Positions 13,035-28,480 are shown, counted from the first letter of the stretch. The stretch: DNA of 64,000 bases from Eledone cirrhosa (GCA_964016885.1 OZ024757.1:31186001-31250000), one strand, 5' to 3'. Notes: generated from the letters alone by a model not told the origin. Made by a program: numbers and translations.

Positions 13035-13520
13035 GTTGTTGTTGTTGTTGTTGTTGTTGTTACTGCTGTTGCTAATTTTGCTGTTACTGCCATTACTGTT
13101 GTCATAGACTAAACATCGTTCTTCAGCTAACCGCTGGGAAATGACCGCAATATTTCACAATTTCGGCTTTTATGATCGGATTGCTCACCCCAGTACGAAA
13201 TGATCAGTCACAAAACACGGAAACATATGAATATATCTGTATATATTATATCTCTGAATAGAAACGTTTATTATATAGTGAATTTATTTGTACAGGCATA
13301 TGTATTATATATGTATTATATATATATTCTCTCTCTCTATATATATATGTGTATGTATGTATTATATATATATATGTATATATATATATATACCCAGAAG
13401 GTGAGGGGTATTGTTTGTATATTATGAGCAATGTGTACTATGTTCTTCATATTGTTCAATATGCTACACTATGAAAAACACACACACACACATATATATG
13501 TGTGTGTGTATATATGTTTC

Positions 13521-13557
<37 letters not shown>

Positions 13558-13686
13558 GTATATATATATGTATATGTGTGTATATATGTATATATATATG
13601 TGTATATATGTATATATATATGTGTATATATGTATGTATATATATATATATATGTATATATATGTATGTATATATATATATGTATG

Positions 13687-13717
<31 letters not shown>

Positions 13718-13720
13718 GTG

Positions 13721-13751
<31 letters not shown>

Positions 13752-14204
13752 GTGTGTATATATATATATATATATGTGTGTGTATATATATATATATATA
13801 TCAGTGTGTACACATTTATGGCTGGTCTTCAAACAGTTCAGATGCTAAGTACAAAGGATGAGACGAGAGAGAGAGGAGGGGGCTGAGTCAGAGAAGGGGG
13901 GGGGGGAGATAACTCTCCTACCTGAACAGCATGGAGCACCATAATACAATACCTTGAGAACTAAAATGAAATACACTATATATATGAATGAATGATATAT
14001 ACGTGTATATGATAAATATAATATATTCTATAGTATAATATATGATATTTATACTGCAATGTATTGTATATTGTTGTTGATCTCAGTGTGTTGTCTGTTA
14101 TTATGTCTGGTCATTGGTTCAACACGTCTATATACACATACACACATACATACATACATACATACATACATACATACATACATACATACATACATACATA
14201 CATA

Positions 14205-14515
14205 ATACATGGTGGCTGCCAACTCGTTTTCGAGTACTGCCACTACTTTATATCCATGTAGGAGAACCACTACCGATGCGCTGAACAAGTGACTTTTTAG
14301 TCCAGCCAGCGACTTGAAAACTCTGGTACAAACACTACACCTGTGACAATTATTGACACATAGTGCTGGGCCCATGGTACCATGTGATGAGAAGTGCAGA
14401 GAGATCTCCAGATATAAAGCAATGCCTGTGCCGTGAAGCTTTTATAGTGAGCAAAGGCACTGCACAAAGCCAGTCCCACTCTCTTAACCAAGATGATATT
14501 TACCAAAAAGAAGAA
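14205..14515 (-). mobile_element. RTE 3' end with C2H2 finger remnant
   Basis: CSVCTRVFKSLAGLKSHL matches the last finger of the 15437-17407 ORF. Terminal tggcagtactcgaaaacgagttggcagcca matches 17845-17875. (TATG)n tail. Confidence 0.8.
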
Positions 14516-14541
14516 CAATAATACATACATACATACATACA

Positions 14542-15208
14542 TTTAACATCAATGGTGATGTGGATAGGCTATACTTCTCACGCAAGGAAGGTGGCCGGGG
14601 TCTAAAATCAATATTAACAACATATGAGACCCGGATAGTAACACTGTAGGAACACCTTCAACAGAGGAAAAAGGTTGGCAACCATCTTGCCCAGGTTTAT
14701 GAGCATGAAAAAAAATATCATTAGAATAGCGACTGATCTGGAGGAGAGATATGGAATAAAGCCTGATATAAATCTCTCACCCAGAGAAATCGGAAGATCC
14801 TATTCAATGTTCAAACAAGATAAAAAAATTGACCAATTTACAGAAAAAGTTGTGCATGGATACTTGAGGCGTAAAACACAGACCATAGAGGGGATAAACC
14901 ACCCAAAGAGCCTGGCATGGAGTTCCGACAAGTTTATGACAGCTTGAGGGATATCTCTATGCCATACAGGAACAAGAACTCCCTACCAAATATCTGCTGC
15001 ACAAAAGAGGAGGGCCAGCAGCTGACAATAAATGTAGGCTATGTAAAACAAAGATCGAGGATGTAAGCCACATTGTTGCCAGCTGCGAAAGAATGTAATC
15101 TCACTACTACCTCCCCATGAGACACGATGGGATAGCTAGAACCATCTGGAACGCACTTCGGAAAACAAAATTAACAACGAACGAGGAGGAATATATTGAG
15201 ACGGTCAA
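14542..15208 (+). mobile_element. R4/Dong-like (RLE-bearing) non-LTR retrotransposon fragment, pseudogenised
   Basis: DVDRLYFSRKEGGRGL; EGYLYAIQEQELPTK; CRLC..IEDVSHIVASC (CCHC); RHDGIAR. Contains stops and frameshifts. Confidence 0.88.
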
Positions 15209-15368
15209 AAAAATATACTCGAAATTAAGAGAAAGAGATACACATAGATACATAGATATAATACATACATATATACATAATACATACATACATACATATA
15301 TAATACATACATACAGACATATATAATATATATATATATGTGTGTGTGTATGTATATATGTATGTATA

Positions 15369-15404
<36 letters not shown>

Positions 15405-15436
15405 TGTATGTATGTATGTATGTATGTATTATATAT

Positions 15437-17407
15437 GTGGAGGTTGCAGTGGCTATTTCGAAGCTGAACAGTGGAAGATCTCCAGGTATGGATGGCATAC
15501 ATGCTGAGCTCCTACAATATGGTGGTGAGAGACTCCTGCAACATCTTCACTCTCTGTTTGGAAGGATATGGGCTAATGAATCCGTGCCTGAGGACTGGAG
15601 AGATGCAGTAATGGTGGTCTTGTACAAGGGAAAGGGTAACAGGAATGATTGTGGGAACTACAGAGGTATATCATTGCTTTCTGTCGTGGGGAAAGTTTTA
15701 TGTAGGGTGCTTCTGGACCGTCTGCTGACACACATTGCAGATTGTGTCCTTCCTGAAAGTCAATCTGGTTTTCGTGTTGGACGCGGCACTACTGATATGA
15801 TCTTCTCAGCTAGACAGCTCCAGGAGAAGTGCATTGAACAGGGCTTGGATCTGTATCAGGTTTTTGTCGATCTGACAAAGGCTTTCGATACTGTCAACAG
15901 AGATGCATTATGGAAGGTTCTCCAGAAACTTGGTTGCCCTGATAAGTTCCTTGCTTTAGTTAGGTCTTTCCATGACGACATGAAGGCTTGGGTTAATGTC
16001 GGAGGTAACATGTCGGAGCCTATCTCAGTAAAAAATGGAGTGAAACAGGGGGATATTCCAGCACCGACCCTGTTTGCCATATACTTTGCAATGGTTTTCT
16101 GTATTGCATTCAGGAATTGCGAGCATGGTGTTTACATCCGATATCGAACCTCAGGCAGCATATTTAACATCAGGCGCTTTGCTGCGAAGACAAAAGTATT
16201 TACATCAGTCATAAGAGACCTCTTGTATGCAGATGATTGCGATCTTGTAGCGCACACAGAGAGTGATATGCAGCACATTTTGAATGTATTTTCTGACGCT
16301 TGCACTGCCCTGGGTTTGACTGTCAGTCTCAAGAAAACCGTCGTCATGTACCAACCTGCACCTGGTAGGCAGTACACTGAACCAAACATCTATGTGTATG
16401 GCAAACGACTTGGAGTGGTTGATCAGTTTGTCTACCTGGGAAGCACTGTCAATCGATACGGCAACCTTGACGGTGAAATCTCACTTAGGATTAGGAAAGC
16501 AAGTGATGCTTTCGGAAAGCTAGAAAGGCGACTCTGGGGTCGGCGAGACATATGCAGGAGGATAAAGGTAAAGGTGTACAGGGCATGTGTACTCTCTTGT
16601 CTTCTTTATGCCTGCGAGACCTGGGTCACATATCGACGCCACCTTAAGCAATTGGAGCGTTTCCATCAGATGTGTCTCAGACGGATACATGGCGTTCACT
16701 GGAGGGACCACATCAGTGATGTCGAGATTTTGGAAAGCTCTATGTGTGACAGTATAGAAGCTCTTGTGCTTAAGCAGCGACTCCGTTGGAGTGGTCACCT
16801 TGCCAGGATGAAGGATTCTAGAATACCAAAACAACTCTTCTATGGAGAGTTGGTTAAAGGAAAACGACCGCCACATAAACCAAAAAAGAGGTATAAGGAT
16901 TCCTTGAAAGCCTCTCTGAGAGACGCTAACATCTCTGCTGATACATGGGAAAATATTGCTGCTGATCGTAATAAATGGAGAAAGACTGTATATGAGGGAA
17001 AAGTTGCCTTTGAGGCATCTCGAATCGCACACGAGAAAGTAAAGCGGGACGTGAGGAAGGGTATTGCTGTTGCACTTCCAGACGGCGAGGGTCCTCCTAT
17101 ATTTCTGACATGCAGCGTCTGTGCGAGACTCTGCCTAAGCAAAGCTGGACTCGAAAGTCATCTTCGCAGTCATAAAGTAAGACCAGTGGTTGACTACCAG
17201 GCTGCTGTTGGAGATGCTACTCATCATGCTTGCCAAACATGTGGTAGAGAATGTAAATCAGCAGGAGGACTCAAGCGACATGCAAAAGTACACGAACTCC
17301 AACCACAGCCGACTATTCCCAGTAAATGTTTTGGTTGCCGACTCCGTGCAAGACATTTTAGATCATTGGCTGGGCTAAAAAGCCACATTCGATCGCAGCA
17401 CTGTTAG
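15437..17407 (+). CDS. RTE-clade LINE reverse transcriptase with three C-terminal C2H2 fingers (5'-truncated, no APE domain)
   Basis: Open frame of ~655 codons with SPGMDG, NYRGISLL, QSGFR, FVDLTKAFD, GVKQG, YADD, YLGS and RLRWSGH. Fingers CSVC..HLRSH, CQTC..HAKVH and mutated CRLR..HIRSQH. The ORF-track start at 15338 lies in microsatellite. Confidence 0.95.
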   Translation: MEVAVAISKLNSGRSPGMDGIHAELLQYGGERLLQHLHSLFGRIWANESVPEDWRDAVMVVLYKGKGNRNDCGNYRGISLLSVVGKVLCRVLLDRLLTHIADCVLPESQSGFRVGRGTTDMIFSARQLQEKCIEQGLDLYQVFVDLTKAFDTVNRDALWKVLQKLGCPDKFLALVRSFHDDMKAWVNVGGNMSEPISVKNGVKQGDIPAPTLFAIYFAMVFCIAFRNCEHGVYIRYRTSGSIFNIRRFAAKTKVFTSVIRDLLYADDCDLVAHTESDMQHILNVFSDACTALGLTVSLKKTVVMYQPAPGRQYTEPNIYVYGKRLGVVDQFVYLGSTVNRYGNLDGEISLRIRKASDAFGKLERRLWGRRDICRRIKVKVYRACVLSCLLYACETWVTYRRHLKQLERFHQMCLRRIHGVHWRDHISDVEILESSMCDSIEALVLKQRLRWSGHLARMKDSRIPKQLFYGELVKGKRPPHKPKKRYKDSLKASLRDANISADTWENIAADRNKWRKTVYEGKVAFEASRIAHEKVKRDVRKGIAVALPDGEGPPIFLTCSVCARLCLSKAGLESHLRSHKVRPVVDYQAAVGDATHHACQTCGRECKSAGGLKRHAKVHELQPQPTIPSKCFGCRLRARHFRSLAGLKSHIRSQHC

Positions 17408-17528
17408 TTGCTATCGTGTGTTTGTGTGTGTGTGTGTGTGTGTAGATATGCTTATGTGCGTGCGTGTGTGTGTATATATATATGAATATGTATATTATTA
17501 TTGTTGTTGTCGTTATTATTATTATTGC

Positions 17529-17565
<37 letters not shown>

Positions 17566-17687
17566 GTTATTAATGTATGTGTGTATATATGTGTGAGTGT
17601 ATGTGTATGTATGTGTGTGTGTATATATGTATGTATGTGTATGTATGTGTGTGTGTATATATATGTGTATATATATATATATGTATA

Positions 17688-17720
<33 letters not shown>

Positions 17721-17726
17721 CTTCCT

Positions 17727-17757
<31 letters not shown>

Positions 17758-17758
17758 A

Positions 17759-17817
<59 letters not shown>

Positions 17818-17833
17818 TTTTTTTTTTTTTTTT

Positions 17834-17910
17834 ATATTGTGCAATGGCCATACTCGATAACGAGGGGGCAGCCATCATCATGTATGTATGTATGTATGTA
17901 TGTATGTATG
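17834..17910 (+). mobile_element. 3' terminus of the RTE element with (TATG)n tail
   Basis: tggccatactcgataacgagggggcagcca is homologous to the terminus at 14245-14213. Confidence 0.75.
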
Positions 17911-17943
17911 TATATATATGTATGGTGGTATATATATATATAA

Positions 17944-17995
<52 letters not shown>

Positions 17996-18217
17996 GTATA
18001 TATATGTATATATATATGTATATATATATGTATATATATATGTATATATATGTATATATATATGTATATATATATGTATATATATATATGTATATATATA
18101 GATATAGATATATGTCTGTATATATATATGTATATATATATGTATATATATATATGTATATATATAGATATAGATATATGTCTATATATATGTCTATGTA
18201 TATATATATATATACAT

Positions 18218-18268
<51 letters not shown>

Positions 18269-18384
18269 CACACACATATATATATGTATATATATACATA
18301 ACACCAAAAATAATTCTCATCTTCTCAAGGTGGACTCGCATTCTCCACCGACTAATAGGACTTAGTAAGATTGTATCTCTTTTG

Positions 18385-18468
<84 letters not shown>

Positions 18469-18717
18469 CTCCCTCTCTCTTTATATATATATATATATAT
18501 ATATATAACCGCTTTTTTCTTTGATCTATTCTTCGGAAACTATATAATCTGGGCACTATATATATATATATATATATATATGTAAGTGTATGTATGTGTT
18601 GGTGTGAGTAGATTTATGCATGCATGTACATATTTATGTAGATGTGTGTTGAACCAATGAGCAACCAGACATATATAAAATATGTTGACTCCTCTTTCCC
18701 TACCTCTGTCCCCACAA

Positions 18718-20361
<1,644 letters not shown>

Positions 20362-20501
20362 GAGTTAAACAAGATTCAATGAGTACATCAAAGAATGAGT
20401 TTTACAGTAGATTGGAAGCACTCTACAGAAAAAAATATTTTCCACAGTTATTAATATTAAAATATAAATATTAATAAAATACCTGTTCTTTTGATCAATT
20501 A

Positions 20502-20555
20502 AATTTTATTATACATATTTCAGAGGTACAACAGTACGTCCTCATCAGACAAAAT
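20502..20555 (-). ncRNA. Type I hammerhead ribozyme motif
   Basis: attttgt-CTGATGA-ggacgtactgttgtacctct-GAAA-tatgta-TA-ataaaat. Same family as 47036-47111. GAGTGCT at 20423-20417. Confidence 0.75.
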
Positions 20556-21216
20556 ATAATGATACTTGACATACACTGAGATGTTAAATGGTTAAGATTT
20601 AATCAAGGTAGGGATTAACCTATGAGAAAACTCAACATTTATACCCTAATAATGAGAAAATACGAAAACGTAATAGATTCAATAGAGAGGGTATGAGTAA
20701 GAAAGAAGTTGCTTTAATGTAACAGTTATAGAGATTTTAAAATGTGGGATACTACAAATTAGGATTATAGAGGAATACATCTCTGGAGTTATAATTTTAT
20801 TACAGTTTATGAAAGCAACCGATAGATAATTAATTAAATAGAAGTAGAGATAAAAGGGGAGTAATTTTTGCAAAAAATTTTCTACATATGGACTTAGCGG
20901 TTAAATTTCAAAATATTTAATTTAGGTTATTTTAGGGTGAAGAATCAAAATTTTAGGTTTTAAAAGTTGATGGTTATTTATATTAATTTTATAAATTTTA
21001 TAAATTTTTAAAAGTGTTACATTTCTAAAATTCTGAATTTTATGAAAACAAAATTAAAGGATTTACTAAGCCCGCGAAAGAAAAATATACACTGTTGAAT
21101 ATTCCCTTAAATGTAATCTTTAACAAAATTACCTATAACAAGTGACAACATTTTCGGTATGTAAAATTTATGAAGTACTTACTATTACAAATATCGAAGA
21201 ATTTATTGTCAAGTAG

Positions 21217-21314
<98 letters not shown>

Positions 21315-21561
21315 CCGAGGTTGTGTGGTTACTGATAACGAGTGGTTAGAAAGTAAACGACACAAACAAGCGATAGACATTTTCTCTTCACCAGTTGTCT
21401 ACTACAGGTCACAGATGTTTCAGCGCATTATAGACAATACATCAATCCGTAGCGCGCCCATAGATTTTTATCTATCAAGAAGCTATGAGGGAAAGAAGCG
21501 AGAGCGAAGAAAGAAAAAAAGGAAAAACAAGTATATGAATTCGGAGACGAATTTATATACT

Positions 21562-21662
21562 TAGCATATCTGACGACCTTTCGATTACAGAGTCTGGTTC
21601 GATCTATAATAGGTCTTGCCTCGAGCTGATCGATAGTGAAACATATGTACTTAAATATGTTA
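21562..21662 (+). ncRNA. Hammerhead ribozyme motif with long stem II and a 5-nt insert after the cleavage site
   Basis: tagcatat-CTGACGA-(61 nt)-GAAA-catatg-TA-cttaa-atatgtta. GAGTGCT at 21727-21733. Confidence 0.65.
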
Positions 21663-21802
21663 TGATGCAACACTGAATCCTTGTTCCTTATCTTTACAAT
21701 ATTATACTCTGGCCTGCGCAAGCATAGAGTGCTCAACCGGCATACCGCCTACGCACCCATTTTTCATGCAACCATACAACTATATATATATATTTAATAA
21801 TA

Positions 21803-21989
21803 ATTGTTTCTCCTTTTGGCACAAGGCCAGCAATTATCCCATTGCATTACTGGTACTTTATTTTATCGACCCCGTAAGGATGAAAGACAAAGTTAACCTC
21901 GGCAGGATTTGAACTCAGGCCATAAAGGGTCATAACTATGCTGCGAAGCATGGCGTCCGACGCTCTACCATACTGCTAATCCACCGCCC
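21803..21989 (-). mobile_element. SINE family 1, full length
   Basis: Reverse complement of head, core and tail. Confidence 0.9.
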
Positions 21990-22552
21990 TATATATATAT
22001 ATTTATTTAATAATAATGATAATAATACTGAAACAAAGTCATCGGATATGACCGATGTATCTTTGATCGTTTTCCCATTCAATCAATGCTTTAATTAAGC
22101 CAGTATCATTAAGATACCGACCTGAAGGAACGCAGATTGCATACTAATATGTTAAGTAGGGATAACTTCTTGTGGGTAGAGAATTTGATTCTCTGGCCCT
22201 GGGCTAATGCATTAGTTTCTGTTTCTCTATCTGCTAGCGACAGTTCATATGGAACTGGCGGGCTCAGAAATTAGGTAATGCTGTTAAGCATTACGTAATC
22301 GACTATGAGCAGTTTCATCAGCGAGGAGATAGTCTCTTCGGAACAGGTCAACTTCGAGCCCACTATCTTGATGTGGAAATGCCATGACGTTTCGTCTCAC
22401 TTGTACTACATGGTCACCGACTCAAATGCCATTTCTCGTTCCAGACGTAGTGAGATAGTGATCTATTGATATAGTCTATTTCTGATATTATTATATAATA
22501 TGTTCTCTCATATATACATATATATATATACATATATTTACACACAGACACT

Positions 22553-22588
<36 letters not shown>

Positions 22589-22602
22589 CATACATACATA
22601 CA

Positions 22603-22633
<31 letters not shown>

Positions 22634-23269
22634 GTAAGCATATATACATATATATATATATATATACATATATATACACACAGACACACATATATATATA
22701 TATATATTAGAATACGAATTAACTTATGTAAGACTACATACGATGCTTTTGTTTGTGTATCTTTTTTTACATAAATTTTGTAGCTACATTCATTTATAGT
22801 CTATGAATTATGATTCTATTACAACCAGTAACCCCAGAATATTTTATGTGTTATACAAAGACAAATAATAAACATACTTTCAACGATGTTATCAACAATC
22901 GACTCATCAAACACAGCGAATGTATTTCTATCTTGATTTTTTTTATATGAAATAATATAAAAAGTATTTTTTTAAAAATGTATTCTTTAAAAATATAAAA
23001 TAAGCAATTCATTTTTACTTTAAATAAATGTTTGTTACTTTTAATATTTTGTTATCATTAATGTAAAATAATGTTTCGACTAACACAAAAAAAAAATTAT
23101 GATTGAAAATTGAATTTTGTATGAGGATAAAAATAGTTTCATCCTCGCCATGAAAATTAATGCAAGTTTTAAATTATGTTTTATTATAAATTATTTTATA
23201 TTTGTCTCTGCTATTTTGCAATTTACTCCAACATTTAGAAATGGGGTTACATTCTTGTGAAACTCAAAT

Positions 23270-23490
23270 TCAGCTTCAAAACCTCATTTAAATCCTCAAG
23301 TTCAAAAACCTCCAGTCCAAACCTATTTCAAAACCTCCAGTTCAACCCTTTCACTCCAAAACCTCCAGTTCGAAACCTCCAGTCCAAACCTTCTGTTTCC
23401 AAACCTTCTATTTCCAAACCTTCCAATCCAAAACCTCCAGTTTGAAACCTCCACTCCAAACCTTAAATTTCAGAACCTCCAGCCCATACC
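23270..23490. repeat. ~14-15-bp minisatellite (AAACCTCCAGTTC-like)
   Basis: About 14 diverged units. Duplicated at ~32700-32920. Confidence 0.85.
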
Positions 23491-23527
23491 TTTCAATCCT
23501 TCACGTGTATGTATGTTTATATGCGTG

Positions 23528-23563
<36 letters not shown>

Positions 23564-23629
23564 CAGGTATGTGTGTATATGTATCTGTGTGTTTTATGCA
23601 AGTGTGTGAACGTAATGTATGTGTGTATG

Positions 23630-23672
<43 letters not shown>

Positions 23673-23903
23673 ACGTGAGTCTACGATTGTAAATTCAGTT
23701 ATAAAATGTCTCCTGTAATCCAGGAACTTCTCTCCTCTCCACAACATTTCCCACAATCTATTGAAATGACGTCCCAGTGTTTACGAAAATTCACAAAATT
23801 TTAGGAAATATATCATTTTGTCAAATTTTCTAATTTCATTTAATTACTCTCTAAGAAATAATTATTCCTAGCTTTTCTTTATTTTTCTTCCTATCCACCT
23901 TTA

Positions 23904-23982
<79 letters not shown>

Positions 23983-25042
23983 TTCCCCCTCTCTCTCATT
24001 CTATCTATCTGCCAATCTTTCTTTCTGTCTCTAATTAAACAACGAGACAAAACTTTTCGTTAAATAACCGTAATTATTCTCCACCAAACATTCTAGACTG
24101 TTGGCACACACACACACACGCACATGCACATACACGCGCGCACACACGCATGCACATACATATATATATATATATATATATCTTTCTAATTCTGTGGTTT
24201 TTGAAATTACTAAATCGAAAGACATTCTATTAAATAAAAGACAAGAATTAATTAGCATGTAACCATAGAATTAGAAAGACATTCAAGCATTATAAATACA
24301 ACTAAACAAATAAAGGAAAAAAATATAAAAGAAGATATATATATGTGTGTGTGTGTGTATATATATATTTTTTTTGCTATTAGAATTAATCCATAGATTC
24401 AATGCTATATTTTATCCCTATAACTGTTTTAAATAATTAACTATTAATGAGCACTATATATTACACTATATTCAACACTCTAACAAAACTTTAACCTATT
24501 AAGAAAACCAGATTATTAATGAGATTTCTTATTCGAAAATAAAATTCCCTACAGGTAAAACTTCATTCTGACCACTCTAACACAATACAGTACTTACACA
24601 AATTTTGTTATTTTATTACTTATATATTTTTAAATCTAATTTTTACTTTTTTTTGGTTCCATCTATATTCCTCTCCTTGTTCTATTTTTAGAACAAATTA
24701 TTCCTCTTGAACAAAGAAACAACAAATATTTAGGATTGTTCTATACTATTCTACTGGATATAACACACTGATATCTGTACCCCTTTTCCTCCAACTTTAA
24801 TCTTCCTTGACTCTCCACACTTTTCTGAAATTTCTATACAATATGTCTAAATTCATTTACTCTCGCAATTTTCTTTTCTTAAAGGTCATTCGATACCTCA
24901 TCCCCTGACTGCTAATTTATTCATCTGCTACTACCAGCTTAATGATCTATATTGCCCCTTCCTATTTTTACTATTAGTCAATCTCAACCTTGTTCTTAAA
25001 AGGTTACTTATTCATACATGTGTTTATATTCTTCAATTAACA

Positions 25043-25188
25043 AAACTCATTATTTCTGAAGACGGCGGGTAGAGAAGACGTATGTATATTTTCTTACTTT
25101 GATAATTTGTAATATATTTTACATAGATCACTAATAGAATGAACATACGGGGAACTACCCCCAGAAACGATCGTAAAATAATGAGTTT
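25043..25188 (+). ncRNA. Type I hammerhead ribozyme with 101-nt stem II domain
   Basis: Perfect 13-bp stem I (aaactcattattt / aaataatgagttt), CTGAAGA at 25056-62, GAAA at 25164-67, palindromic stem III CGATCG, and a GUA cleavage triplet. Confidence 0.88.
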
Positions 25189-25371
25189 AACTATGAATTA
25201 GCCGTATTTTGTTTAATTTCATTGTTTTCACTATTTGTATTATTTTGACTCTGCTTCCAATGAATTATATCGTTGAAATTTTGTATTTTAAACTTTGCTT
25301 CACGACATCTACATACGGATTACATTGAGTTCTTCATACGGCTTGGACCCTACCATTAATTGGTAGATTTG

Positions 25372-25417
<46 letters not shown>

Positions 25418-25709
25418 ATACATTCACACACATATTTATATATGTATATATGTATATATAATATATATATATATAATATAATATATATATATATATATAT
25501 TTATATGATATATATATATATTTATATAATATATATATATATATATTTATATAATATATATATATATATTTATATAATATATATATATATTTATATAATA
25601 TATATATATATATATACATAATATATATATAATATATATATATATACATAATATATATATATATATATATAATACATACATATATATATATATATAATAC
25701 ATATATATA

Positions 25710-25748
<39 letters not shown>

Positions 25749-25914
25749 CATATATATATATTTATATATATATATATATATATAATACATATATATATAT
25801 TTATATATATATATATATATATAATACATATATATATATTTATATATATATATATATATATAATACATATATATATATTTATATATATATATATATATAT
25901 AATACATATATATA

Positions 25915-25955
<41 letters not shown>

Positions 25956-26008
25956 CATATATATATATTTATATATATATATATATATATATATAATACA
26001 TATATATA

Positions 26009-26049
<41 letters not shown>

Positions 26050-26090
26050 CATATATATATATATATATATATATAATACATATATATATA

Positions 26091-26127
<37 letters not shown>

Positions 26128-26178
26128 CATATATATATATTTATATATATATATATATATATAATACATATATATATA

Positions 26179-26272
<94 letters not shown>

Positions 26273-26476
26273 CATATATATATATTTATGTATATATATA
26301 TATATATATAATACATATATATATATTTATGTATATATATATATATATATAATACATATATATATATTTATGTATATATATATATATATAATACATATAT
26401 ATATATTTATATATATATAATATATATATTTATATATATATCTATTTATTTATATATATATCTATATATATATATA

Positions 26477-26508
<32 letters not shown>

Positions 26509-26838
26509 TTATATATAATATATTTATATATATATCTATATATATATAATATATATATATAATATATTTATATATATATCTCTATATATATATAATATAT
26601 ATATACAATATATTTATATATTTATATATATATATATATAATATATATATATAATATATTTATATATATACAATATATTTATATATAATATATATATACA
26701 ATATATTTATATATATATATTTATATATATATCTCTATATATATATAATATATATATTTATATATATATCTATATATATATATAATATATTTATATATAT
26801 ATATATATATAATATATATATATATAATATATATATAT

Positions 26839-26899
<61 letters not shown>

Positions 26900-27031
26900 A
26901 GCAAAAGTTCTATTTAAATTGTTGGGATACAACAAGCAAATATTTTTATAACTGATATAAAGCACTCAACAAGTATTTGGAGTAAACATACGATATTAAC
27001 AAATGGAAACTATATTTATAAAACCATATTT

Positions 27032-27094
27032 ATTTCATTATACATATTTCAAGGACACCAAGTTAAATTATGGTGTGCATCCACCAGACAAAAT
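27032..27094 (-). ncRNA. Degenerate hammerhead (core CTGGTGG)
   Basis: attttgt-CTGGTGG-atgcacacca..tggtgtcctt-GAAA-tatgtaTAatgaaat. Homologous to 20555-20502. GAGTGCT at 26966-26960. Confidence 0.6.
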
Positions 27095-27209
27095 ATAATA
27101 TAGATCAGTTTTTAATATCCAATACTAATAATAATATAAGTAAACTACTCCACTATCCGGGAGCTTCCAACAGTTGAAAATAGCCTAACTTGACTGTCAC
27201 CACATATTA

Positions 27210-27248
27210 TGAACCTGAAGATTGCGAAAGCATGAAAGTACTTGTTCA
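27210..27248 (+). ncRNA. Minimal type I hammerhead ribozyme (39 nt)
   Basis: tgaac-CTGAAGA-t tgc gaaa gca t-GAAA-gtac-TT-gttca. Palindromic stem III AGTACT. Confidence 0.85.
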
Positions 27249-27350
27249 ATTAACACTTTGAATTTAATATTCTATCATACTATTTCATTATAATACCATT
27301 ATAAATTTTAAATAAAACGAGTAAATCAGACAAAGTTGGAATTCCTCTTA

Positions 27351-27426
<76 letters not shown>

Positions 27427-27457
27427 TACATATATATATATATATATATGATACATA

Positions 27458-27502
<45 letters not shown>

Positions 27503-27505
27503 CAT

Positions 27506-27550
<45 letters not shown>

Positions 27551-27572
27551 CATATATATATATAATACATAT

Positions 27573-27606
<34 letters not shown>

Positions 27607-27847
27607 ATATATATAATATATATATATAATATATATAATATATATATATATAATACATATATATATAATACATATATATATATATATAATACATATATAT
27701 ATATATATAATACATATATATATATATATAATACATATATATATATATATATAATACATATATATATATATATAATACATATATATATATATATAATACA
27801 TATAGATATATATATAATACATATAGATATATATATAATACATATAG

Positions 27848-27886
<39 letters not shown>

Positions 27887-28138
27887 TAATTTATTCGGTC
27901 CTCAATGTTGCCATTGACTGACCAACGGTCAAAAATAATACAGATATTGAGGACCGAATAAATTAGATTACAGATATAAAAGACACAGAAGCGAAAAGTG
28001 AAAACCAACCAAACAGTGAGTGTGTTCTGTTATTAATTCTGGCAATATTACACAAATATGACCCTCCCCAAGTATAACAATATCTGTTTCGACACACGAT
28101 TTCATATCAAAAACCTCGCAAAACTAATTCATCGCCGT
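27887..28138 (+). mobile_element. Penelope-like terminal fragment with a short inverted 5' arm, inserted in (TA)n
   Basis: 20-bp inverted arms (27887-27906 / 27946-27965). 3' end homologous to 4830-4912. Duplicated at ~38507-38760. Confidence 0.65.
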
Positions 28139-28152
28139 TATATATATATATA

Positions 28153-28258
28153 ATCCCGCCGAGGTTGACTTTGCCTTTCATCCTTACGGGGTCGATAAAA
28201 TAAAATACCAGTAATGCACTGGATAATTGCTGGCCTTGTGCCTAAAGTAGAAACAGTT
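28153..28258 (+). mobile_element. SINE family 1, 5'-truncated
   Basis: Core and tail. Confidence 0.9.
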
Positions 28259-28449
28259 ATATATATATATATATATATAATACATATATATATATATATA
28301 ATACATATATATATATATATAATACATATATATATATATAATACATATATATATATATAATATATATATATATATAATACATATATATATATATATATAC
28401 ATATATGTATGTATATGTATATATATATATACATATATGTATGTATATG

Positions 28450-28480
<31 letters not shown>

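Noticed and set aside
15338-15436. N-terminus of the 689-aa ORF
   Set aside because: This is (TATG)n sequence in frame by chance. The element is 5'-truncated.
22314-22322. Other CTGANGA hits (22321-22315, 7741-7735, 7775-7781, 13126-13120, 42411-42417, 59347-59341)
   Set aside because: No properly placed GAAA with pairing stems, so they were not counted as ribozymes.
24500-25040. Penelope GIY-YIG remnant upstream of the hammerhead (also 21210-20560 on the minus strand)
   Set aside because: Only short hints (KFPTGKT, PLSPYVEN) amid stops. A profile-HMM search is needed.
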